From NCBI GenBank assembly GCA_015680685.1, contig MNCI01003135.1, positions 1 to 64,000 on the forward strand: DNA of 64,000 nt, in the 5' to 3' direction. The notes beneath the pieces were generated by a model. It searched no databases and had not been told where the DNA came from. It saw only the letters and a list, made by a program, of their open reading frames with translations. The position numbers and the translations under genes were made by a program. The stretch comes from Gnetum montanum. Lineage: Eukaryota; Plantae; Gnetophyta. Shown here piece after piece: positions 53,501 through 64,000 of this stretch (positions are counted from its first letter, which is position 1; every line of letters begins with the position of its first letter).

Positions 53501-55215
53501 TATGATCATGGGCACTGTACTGAGTCAACTCCTTATCACATGACTACATCTTATAATTTCCCTCACTATGCCTACTTTAATCAAGTGTGTGAACCCCAAT
53601 TTGGGTACATTCTTACCACCAAACCAAAAGATGCCTAGTGGTTTCGATATGACTAGACCCCAATATTTTCAACATGCATGGATCCAAATTTTCCATTTAT
53701 TAATTCTTATCTTGATCAAAGGTTCAATCATGGGGGATATCCCACATTCTAACAAGTAGAATTAGTAAATGTTTTTCCTTTTCTTGGATTTTACAACTTT
53801 TTGTTTTCTAGTTTTTCATTTCTAATTTTTTGTTTTATCTTTTTATGGGTAATCTCATCTACGAATAAAACACTCATGTGACTCATTGGTTGAGGTGTTG
53901 TTCTATGCTATCAAGTCTCGAGTAACTAATTATTTGGACAACGAGCTCACCACATCCACACCACCATTCTATTAATAAGAGGTTCTACTCTAGGTACGAT
54001 GATATTCTTATCATCATGAAAACTTACAAGTAATTTTGTGCTCATTATGTCTAGAGTGAAAAATGATGGACTAGGAGGAAATGATCAAGGTGTAACATCA
54101 AGGGAACTTATGGATTCTGTTTGGTGAAATCTACAAGGTGTTATCATATAGCTTGGTTGCCTGGTTGTACTAAGATCTTTGTAGATTTAACAAAAAATGG
54201 GATTAAGAGTAATAAAGGCACTCAAGGCTATTCTGGAGGTCCCACTAGAAAAACATCCATCCATGCCTAGAGGTTGGTGGTTTTTCCAGTTCATTGTTGG
54301 AAAGGACAAAGTGCCAAAGCAGCTAGAAAGAAAAATAAACAAAGAAAAAAAACAAACACAAAGAAAAGAGCAAGAAAAATGGGCCACAGAGAAATCAAAT
54401 TACTCCTCCCTTGGGAAAAATGCTAAGTGATTGTGTGCCTTGTTATCATGGTGCTCTTATGGTTGCCCATCATTGGATGAAACAAGGTGATGTCACTGAT
54501 TAGAGGAATGGACTTGGTCTTGATTTCTGAACAACAAGCTAATGACACATTAATCAAACTCTACACTCAGGATTCATTGTGCCTAAGGTTAGTCACCTCA
54601 TGTCCCAATCTCTGCAATCCCTTCTGCTATTTGCCTCATCTCGTTGTTCTTGTATTTTTGACTTGTATCTTGTGTAGCATTGAATTTATACCTCATCACA
54701 ATGGTATCTACATATGGTTTTTGGAACTAGTGTGGATTACATTTAACCCTTTTGGTGCCTATGGACATTTTTAGGTGTGGTTACGTAAGGGCATCATAGG
54801 TAGGAACCTACTTTGGGGAGGACCCACTTGTGTAACCTTTGTAATTTGCACCCATTGCACATCATCATCACATCATTTTATACTCTTTAAGTACTCCATT
54901 ACTAATTTTTTTTCTTTCCTTTATCATCATTCTAATTCAAACATTTCTGTGCACCATTACATGTCCTTTTTCCTCATCCTATTCATGAATTTAATTGTTA
55001 AATTCCACCTAATTACACTATTGATGCCTTTAGGTCCTTTCAAAGTTACCCTAGATCTTTCAATTCAACCTTAAATCCTTTATTTTTGGCTTTGGAAATT
55101 CAAAAATTTATTAATTTTCCCAAGTACCCTTTTTTAGAAGGGCCACGATATCGGGTCTGACACGATATCATGTACGCGCTATCGGGTACACGATATTGCA
55201 TCCATAAAAAACTAT

Positions 55216-55218
<3 letters not shown>

Positions 55219-55250
<32 letters not shown>
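55219..55250. repeat. (CA)16 microsatellite
   Basis: Directly visible. Confidence 0.98.
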
Positions 55251-55251
<1 letters not shown>

Positions 55252-55738
55252 CAATGTCATTTTGCACTATTCATGTGAGGGGAGTTGTTCAAATTTTCTT
55301 TCATGAATTTTCTTGCTTGCACAGCTATCCTTCCAACATCCATATCTTACTCATTAACACTTTGATTCTCATTCCAATCAAATCTGTCTAAAATCGGAGT
55401 GTTTATCTTAGTCTTGGAGGAAGGGAATGCTCCAAGTTGTGCATAATTTTTTCAAATTGCATCATTTCCTAAAGGATATTATAAAGAATAAATGACCTTA
55501 AAAATGTTAAACACATTTGCAAAATTAATTTTATCTCTTCACCCACACCATGAAAATTAATTTTTGAAGCCACCTAATTAAATTGGGCCTAATATCAAAA
55601 CTTTTAGGAGACATTTTCATAAAATGTTCCAACTCTGGATCACACTAAATAAGAAATGAATTTATTAAAGGCAAGAAGTAAGGTATAAATCAAATTTCAT
55701 AGATAACCTTACTAATAGTCGACCCCATGTGATTGTAG

Positions 55739-58450
55739 ATGGCCCCTAAAAGAGGAAAATAAGGAGGACCCTCTCAAGGTGCATCCAAATGACAAAGGAG
55801 TGGCAAAGGCTAGGTGTCTCTCGAGGAACATATAGAAAAGGAGGCATAATCATTCAACATCCATCAAGAACCTCTTGTTAATATGAAATTAGGACATGCT
55901 AAAGGAGAAGATAGTGGAGCACCTGAATAGGGACAACATCTCACATTCTCCCTAAAATGTGTTTAGGCAATTCATGAAAGCTCCATGTCAATAGCTATGA
56001 TTGTGGAACTCAACTTTGGAGATTTTGCTAAGTTTTCTCCTAAAGTAGTCTAAGACTAACTTAAGGGGTCCCCACTATGGCCTGTTCTCTCTGAAAGTGG
56101 TGATTGGTACCTGGGAGAGACATACCAATTTTGGCATAATAAAGAAGAAGGCACCACCATTGATATTGGTGGTGTTTCTATGGATTTCTCTACCAAAGTC
56201 ATTTTGGAGGTGTTGAATCTTTCGAATATAGGAAAAAAAGTTGCTCACTTGTCCAATTTCTCTAATTCTAATGCATGAAAGATATGGTTGAAAAGGATGT
56301 ATGGCAAGGAAGACAAAGCATATGGAGAGCTGACACTTGAAGAGAGAATTTACTTTCAAATTAGCACATATCACATCTTCCCCACAAAAGGGTTAAGCGG
56401 AATCTCCACCTATGCAGCTAGAGGAAGTGCTATCTTGATGGGCAAGGTTAATGCCAACCTTACCCATCTATATCTTATAGAAATTTTGAGGTGGTTCGAA
56501 GAGTGCAAGATGGGAAATTTTGCAGTGCCCTTTCCCTATCTCAACAGGAAGCTGTGAAGATATGCTATAATTCTAGGGTACACCAATGACATCCCCAGAA
56601 AGGCCCAAAATGATTCATTTGTTAAATTACTAAAGCCACTAGGCCCAAGGAAAAGTGCTAGTGAGATACTGGATCCTGAACAAGAACAGATGGTGGGGCA
56701 CACTACACCTCAAACTGTAGGTCCTAGCTAGCTTCCAAGCACAAGGCCTAATCAAAAATAGAAAGCAGGGTCCAACACAGGCCAAAAAGACCAACTGCCA
56801 CCACCACTACAGGACTGTCAACCAATAGTGAGCCATCTCAAGGCCATTGCTGAAATAGTTAGTTGGGAAAGTTGTGATGAGGCCAATCTCTTTAGGGTCA
56901 TTGATGATGATGTACAACCCATGGTCTCAATTGATTGTGCATGTGGTGAGGTATAGATCCAAATAGAAGGATGGAAATCACACTAGTTATAGCAAATCTC
57001 TAGGAACGCTACATCATTTTAGGTGCAATTAGAAACTTGTGAAAATTCCATAGTAGTGATCATGCAGCACCAAGATGTAGTAGGAGCCACAAAATTGGTC
57101 ACAAACCACATAAAAGAATCATTCAATGTTCTTGTTGTCTAGTCCCTCAATGACTCCTACGGAGCATGAGGACATTCTAGATCAGTTGCTACAGATAGAA
57201 TAAGTGATGATGTCCCTGTTTGACATCCCTCAAGATGTCACAGCAACTTAGTCAGACCTCATCTCCACAAAGAGAAGTTGTTCATGGAAAATTTGAAGGA
57301 CAAGCATGCAAATGCAGATTTAGAAATAATTTAAGAAAAGCTCATCACTGTGCAAGCTACATATCAAGATCCATCTCAATTCATCCCCACAAACCAACTA
57401 GAGTCCTTCTAGACATAGCAATTGAATAAATTGCTAGTAGAAAATAAAAGACTGGTAGAGGAGAAAGAGAAGGCTGATTGGGATGCTTCCAAGGCACAAG
57501 CTCAAATATTTGCACATGCTAAATCACTTAAGGCCTTACAAGATGAAAATAAATAGCTTAGCATTGACAATCTTGGTTGATCATAGTAGAAAAACAAAAG
57601 AATGTTGTTGAAGAAAATTTTTAGCAACTGTAAGAATAATTAATAAGGGTCAATCAGAACATAAATCACTTGGCTAGAGAAAAAAAACGCTCTCAATGGA
57701 GGAGGTATGCATGATCCATCAAAACATGACAATTGAAATAAGTGCATGGCAAAATGAGTCCAAGGGACATGAAAAACTCAAGGAGCACTTTAGAGATTAT
57801 GTGGGGATTTACAAACAAATGATAGAAAAAGAAATCCATATGGCCAAGGCCCATATCAACACTCTTAGTGCCCAAAATACTAATTGAAAAACCATATTGG
57901 ATACTAATATCTTTGCCCATATAGATACAAAACCTGCCCATACTGAAAAGTTGAGACCTGTAGATACAAGACCTTACAGAGTACATGGAGTTGGTAAACC
58001 TATGGTATGCCACCTTGGCCATGTTGATAGCAAAATGCCTAAGAATAGAACTAGAAAAGTAGGTAGCAACCACCTACACGAAGTATGAAAAAAAATTTGC
58101 TAAGCATAAGAAGATGCTACAAAAATTAGAAAAGGAAAATTTTGAGTTAGAGGTGGTCAAAACTAGCTACTAGGGATAAAAGGATGTCATGGAAAATTTG
58201 GTTAGATAGCCCACAAATTACCAGCAATATAAAGATAAAGCCAGATCCTATGAAGAGGAATGATGGTTGTTTGTGGCTTGTTATGTCAAGGCCAACAAGA
58301 TGTTTCTAAAACTATCATGTCCATGTGAGGTGTTGACTCCATCAAATATTGGAGCATTAGCATGGATGGCATAGAATTGCCAAACCGAAGAGCAAAAGCT
58401 CTAGGCACTCCTTTAGAGACATCAATTTCCAAAACCTGGAGCACAACCAA
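55739..58450 (+). pseudogene. Athila 3' extra ('env-like') ORF: Transposase_32-like domain + long coiled coil
   Basis: MAPKRGK start; YHIFPTKG...ILMGKVNANLTHLYLIEI...AVPFPYL pattern; E/K/Q-rich heptad-like region at 57400-58260. Confidence 0.65.
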
Positions 58451-60413
58451 AGGGGAAGAGACCCATGGAGGAACCACCATTGCTAGGAACCACATGAGTT
58501 CTAAAATTTTTTTGTCTTTTTGTAATTTTGTGTTTGTGTCCCAATTTTGTTGTGTTCAATTCTCCAATGTGGCACAAATAAATTCCTAGTTAGTCAAATA
58601 ATCTCATACCTATCCACTATGTAATCAAGTGAACTTGTTCTCACTTTGTTTGAGTCGAGAATGATTTTTCATTTAGTTGTGGGTGTATGATGAATCATGA
58701 TTTTCTAGGCTTCGCTATCAGATCCACGATATCATGTACATGATATCACGACCTAGATAATGATATCAGATACACAATATCGTGATTCCTGTGTAAGCTT
58801 ATATATACACATTTGGGCACACAAGAAAAGGGGAGTAAGTGTAGGAATAGAGTCTTTTCTCTCAATTTTAAGTTAATTTCTATTCTTTCCCTAGTGCATA
58901 ACCACAGTGTGATGATTGTAATTGTACAGTACCTTAATTCAAGTGTGATGTACTTGGACACGCACATGACCAGCAATAAAGATCGAGATTACTCCATCAA
59001 AGTAGCATTCACTTGGTTTAATTGTTTAATTGTTATTTTTATTTATTATTTCTCTTAGCTAATATTATCAAAGTAGTGGATCTAGGAGCACTCAAGTAAT
59101 ATGCACTTGGTAATCCCAGAGGTAGTACACAAGGTCCAAGATGTGCATGGATGATTAAGGATGGATGCTCATCACACTTAGGCTAAATTAGATTTTATTT
59201 CATATTGTGTATTAGCATAATCAAGATTATTTCTCATTATCTCTAGGAGTAGCATAGTGATAGAAACCATATCAGACACCTCACTCTAAACTAAACCACA
59301 TGTAACAAAGAAAATACTAGTCTAAGTGGGAAGACAATGAACAGTGATCAACGTGTAACTATCTAGATACAATAACTAGTCCATTTGTGGAGTTCAACTA
59401 GATCATTCCTGAACACTCATATTTGAATGGTTGAATATAGGGGTACCTAGCCACTCATCAACAGGAATGCTAGTCTCATTCATATATCAACATGTGGAGA
59501 TGATGAGCATTCATGTTTGGATGGTAATGAATAAGTTTCATAGTCAGATGAAGGAAATGATGATGAAGAACAATCTAGCTATGGCAATGTTGGAACCCAT
59601 CAACCAAGGATTCCAATGGAAGGGAATCCTATTTTCAATATGAGAATTAAAAGAGCTCCATCATTGAATCCCACCTCTTCCAATGGTAAGCTTGATGTTG
59701 AGAATAAAGCAAGGCTTGCTAGAGTATTTTGTAATGTTGCAAGAATTCTATATGTTGATTTGAAAACTTTCAATAATGTAGATGACACTAATGCTTTTTT
59801 AAGTTAGTTGAAAGTACATGATAAGTACTTTCACTTGAAAGTGTTAACAAGTAGTGTCCAATTCTCTACCCACATAAAGATAAATTTATAAAGTCAAAGT
59901 ATTAGGGTATGACTTGTTAAATTTCCGAAGTATGGTCCCAAATATTTCCTAGAAATTGTAAGGTCATACATGAATTAAATGACCTAATTTGAAGATAATA
60001 AAGTTAACATTTGATTTTCTTTGCCATTTCATAACTTTTCATATTCCCTTTTTCTCTCATTTAGACATCTATCACTAGTATCAACTTCATTCTTAATTAT
60101 TAATTCATTTTTATTAGTCATAAATGCAACCAAACCATCATATTAAATCCAATATCAAGATTTCAATCACTCATTTTCTAATAATGAAGAATTTCAGACA
60201 TTTTAGAATTACTAGTATGTCAACAATTCAAGAATAAAATTTTAATAAGAAGAGGTAGAAAATCACTTGAGAATACCTATTACTAAATCTAGATTAGAAA
60301 GTATGGCTTCTAATTGGTAAAAAGAGGAGTTCCAAGGTTATGAAAGACAAAATGATCAACCCATTACAGATTGGAATTTGATGAAATATAGGTTGTGAAG
60401 AAAATTTGAATAG

Positions 60414-61170
60414 TCATGAGCAACAAGTATACCCTATGCTAAACCATATGAATCACAAGGATGCACTAGAGATCTAGTTAAATTTCATAAACTTAGTTCC
60501 TAAATTTGCCCATAGTTCTATATAGTGAGTAAAGGGATCATATGATCATTGTCTTCCTAATTCACACTTGTGTTTCTAGTATGCATGGTTAAATGTGAGT
60601 TAAGGCTTATGATGTTTATTTTTGTAAGAGTTATATATATATATATTCTTATCCTAAGGACTAGGTGCATAAATGAATATTTAATATTTAACTTTTTAAC
60701 TACTTAGCTATCCTAATGACTAATTATCCTAAAACAAGTAATTGATCCCAGTTACCATACATATCCCAAAGTCATGTTACACTACTAGGTTACCAAACAA
60801 CTACTACTAGGTGTTACAAATGGTTGATGTTGGGATTATCGAGCATAACATGCCATGCTTGAAGTGGTCGTACTTACGTATTCACAACTAAATGCATTAA
60901 TTAATTAAGGCTATGAATGTAAAGTACATTAAAGTTACAATGAAAATAAGAAAGATTAAACTATTCTAAGTACTGTAATGAATGTCAAAAATCTCATCTT
61001 TATTGTTGTACACACCAATGCATTTAGGTACATAATGCTCAAATAAATATTTATACAATCTCTTGAATTCACATTGTGGCCAATCAAAGAAGAACATTCT
61101 AACTTTAGAGAAATCAAACTGTAAGAGCTTCACTATGCTCTGAACTTAAGATGCCATAAATGTGGTTGGC
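60414..61170 (-). mobile_element. Solo or truncated Athila-like LTR related to the 33059/42200 LTRs
   Basis: ACCCTATGCTAAACCATATGAATCAC, CATTGTCTTCC and TCAAATAAA...ATACA blocks are collinear with 33059-33800. Confidence 0.75.
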
Positions 61171-61879
61171 ACTTGAATATAACCTACTTAATGGAAATTC
61201 ATCAAATAGTTTAGTAAGAGGTAAGAAAGTATTATGAAGTTGAAATTCCTAAGGTAAGTAACAAAGATGGCAAAGAATTCTATATAGAATTTTTTCATCT
61301 ATTCCGTCAAGTTAAGGTAAAATAAGAGGAGTATGAGTAGCCTTTAATCTTTTTAGTAGATGTCAAAATGGCTTACTAGTAGAAGTTTTCTTTTTATAAG
61401 CCACAAAATCTTGATGAGGCTTATGATTTGATAGTGAAAGTAGAAAACAACACTAAGTAGATTCAGAAACAAGAGCAAACAAAATTCCAAGGGGAAGAAT
61501 AAAGGATCCAAATCTAAGAAGGAATTTAAGCCTAAATTTAATGACAAAGATGGTAGCCATGACAAGATGATAGAGAAGTGCATTGAAAATGAAAAGCCAA
61601 GGACCAAGGTAGGGGAGGCAATGGTTAAGGCAATATCTCATCCAAGATTCAATACCTCAAGCATTGAGAATGGAAACATAAGAAATCGAAATTTTCACTT
61701 CTCAAGGTAATTGAGAGCAAGCATGTACAAATCATGAAGGTAGAGGAGACATATAACCAAGGTCTTTAAAGAGGTAATTCTAATGCTCCTAGTATTAAAG
61801 AAGTTTCTAAATTAAATTCTTGTGCATTAATGAGCAATGTAAATAGAGGAGACCATCTTGCTAAAAAATTTTCTTTTAA

Positions 61880-64000
61880 ATTTGAGCTAGATGTTTGCTT
61901 AGTGGGGAACGGATTAATGTCTTAATTAATAGAGGAACCCAAGACAATGTTATTTCTTTTAGTTTTGTTGCTAGATTAGGTTTGGTAACTAAGCCTCATC
62001 CTATACCCTATAAGATGTAGTGGTTGACTAGAGATTTCTCTCAAGAGGTGAGGAAATAATGTCCTTTGAAATTTAAAATTAGAAGTTTTCATGATGTTGT
62101 AAAGTATGATCTGCTTTCAATACATTGTGTTGATGTAATTCTTGATAGCCCTTGGAATTTTAACAATGATTCTTAGTTTGATAAAGAAAGAAATGTATGG
62201 AGTGTAGCTAGAACTAATGGAATCCTTGAGTTGATTTCCATGATGGCTAAATAAACAAGGTAGAAAAGCATACTTAATACTTCCTTAATCATTTTAGAAG
62301 AGAATGAATACATTAAGAAACATGATGGAATAGGTTTCTGATTCATTTTTTTATCAATAGTTGCTCTAACCATGATGATGTGCAAGTTAAACTTCCAACA
62401 AGTGTGCTAGAATTAAAGAATAAATTTTTCATGGTGTTCAAGGGGGGATTAGATGGACTACCACCAATGAAAAATTTACAACTTTAGATTGATTTCATCC
62501 CTATTGCTACCATTCCAAATAAGAGAGCTTACTATATTGTACCAAATCATAGAGTAGAATTACAAAAGCAAGTAGAAGAGTTGCTTATAAATGGCTTTGT
62601 GAGGGAATCCATTTTACCTTGTGCAATTCCAATGGTGCTAGTTCCAATGAAGGGCAATGGTGAATGAAGGATATACATTGATTTGAGAATTATGAATACA
62701 ATAAGAGTGAGGTATAAGATTCCTATTCCAAGTGATGGATGATATCCTTAATTTCCTTATCAATGTAGAGATTTTTAGAAAAACTGATTTGAAGAGTAGT
62801 TACTATCAAATTAGAATTAGGCTTGGTGATGAATGGAAGAAAAATTTTAAGACACTGGATGGATTGCTTAAGTGATTGGTGATGCAATTTGGACCCACAA
62901 ATGCACCTACTACATTCATGAGGTTAATGCATAATGTATTGAAGAAGTTAATAAGTAAGTGTTGTATCATCCTTTTTAAGATTTTTGATGTATAGCTCTA
63001 ATGAGAAAGAGAACTTGGATCACTTGTAGGTAGTGTGTCTTCAATTAGAGGAGGCTTAGCTAGTTATCAATGTAAAGAAAAGTCATTTCTTCAAAAGGAA
63101 AATCATATATTTTTGTCATCTGATTTCTAAAAACCAAATTCAAATGAAAGATACCAAGGTGAAAGCTATTAGGGATTGGCCAACTCCTAAGAACAGTGAG
63201 GTAAGATCATTCCTTAGTTTAGCATGTTTTTATAGATGATTCATCAAAAACTTCAATGATATTTCTTGAATTATATTTTCTTTGTTGAATAAAAATAAAT
63301 ATTTTAGGTAGGATAATGAATCCCAATGGAGCTCTGACTTTTTCAAAGAAATAATTACCAATGAACTACTGCTTGTGATTCCATATTCCTAGAAGCTTTT
63401 TCAGGATGAGATCGATGCAAGTGGACTTACTATTGGTGGGTTACTTTGACAAGAAGGTAGGCCTATTACTTTCTTTTCTGAATAGTTGAATAAGTTAAGG
63501 CAAAAATATGTTGTATATGAGAAGCACTTGTACACTATTCTTTAGGAAATCAACAATTGGAGGAGTTGTTGCCCAAGGAGTTTACTTTGATGATAGATCA
63601 TAAAACACTACAATTTCTAAACTCTCAAAGGATTTGAATATAAAGCACATGAAGTTAGTTGAACAATTATAGAAGTTTAGTAATGTGTTGAATTGTCCAA
63701 GGTGCATATGATGAATTTCAGTGTACCTTATTTAAAAGGTATGGATGACTTTACTGATTTGTACAAGCATGATGCTAATTTTGGGTAGGTTTTCAGGAGC
63801 CTAAAAGAGCCATTATTGAGTAGGATAGACCATTAGAGGGAATATCATATTCAAGATGAATTATTATTTAAAAATGGAAAGGTATTTGTTTCTAACAATG
63901 ATTTTAGGAAAAAGATTATGTTTGAAAAGCATTATAGTATCATGGAAGGTTATATGAGTAGGGATAAAATATTGGAAATTATGGGTATACACTATTATTT
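61880..64000 (+). pseudogene. pol: Chromovirus pol (PR about 61900-62160, RT about 62450-63250, RNase H about 63380-63680, start of INT)
   Basis: LINRGTQDNVIS, PCAIPMVLVP, KTDLKSSYYQIRIRLGDEWK, MQFGPTNAPTTFMRLM, EIDASGLTIGGLL*QEGRPI. Confidence 0.9.

Larger units (their letters stand above)
51684..59460 (+). mobile_element. Athila-like element with gag-pol deleted, nested in the chromovirus gag
   Basis: LTR homology between 51684-52345 and 58688-59266. The right LTR ends GGGGTACC...CTCATCA at 59460. Only the integrase tail (WIGP, about 52490) survives. No matching TSD seen. Confidence 0.8.
50563..64000 (+). mobile_element. Chromovirus-type (CRM-like) gypsy element, interrupted by nested insertions and running off the right edge
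   Basis: LTR about 50563-51506; Met-type PBS TGGTATTGAGGCC at 51508-51520; gag pieces at 51550-51683, 59461-60400 and 61180-61700. The gag 'W..MK' motif appears twice, so two elements may be joined. Confidence 0.7.

Noticed and set aside
55170-55391. ORF with an HT-repeat tract, and most other 60-120 aa ORFs in the track
   Set aside because: This one is a translation of the (CA)n tract. The others are shadow or antisense frames of decayed TE sequence with no coherent motifs.
51679-59465. Target-site duplication for the nested Athila-like element
   Set aside because: The flanks ATCGA and ACAGG do not match, so a clean insertion cannot be claimed.

Overview
Eukaryotic, land-plant-type intergenic DNA. 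It is AT-rich, strongly CpG/CHG-depleted, and made almost entirely of nested, decayed retrotransposons. I see no intact host gene, rRNA, tRNA or CRISPR array. From left to right: (A) a less-decayed minus-strand Ty3/gypsy Tat-clade element (1-10596, runs off the left edge; tRNA-Asn PBS), inserted into the LTR of an older Athila-like element; a non-autonomous LTR element (16459-20243); a second, internally deleted Tat element (22554-29250); a full-length Athila-like element with a perfect TSD (33059-43083); SIRE/copia pieces; an RTE LINE 3' end; and a chromovirus (50563 to window end) carrying a nested, deleted Athila-like element (51684-59460). The standout is in element A. Protease and RT are separated by about 5 kb, and that gap holds an antisense 8-exon gene (1343-5364, about 1081 codons) whose 7 GT-AG introns are all phase-compatible. 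It encodes a degenerate FCP1/NIF-like HAD-phosphatase domain fused to a transposon-accessory-like domain, a coiled coil and an acidic tail. Dense GCGTAA/TTACGC motif arrays lie in the LTR and beside the gene. All domain calls are by-eye motif recognition; no database searches were run.
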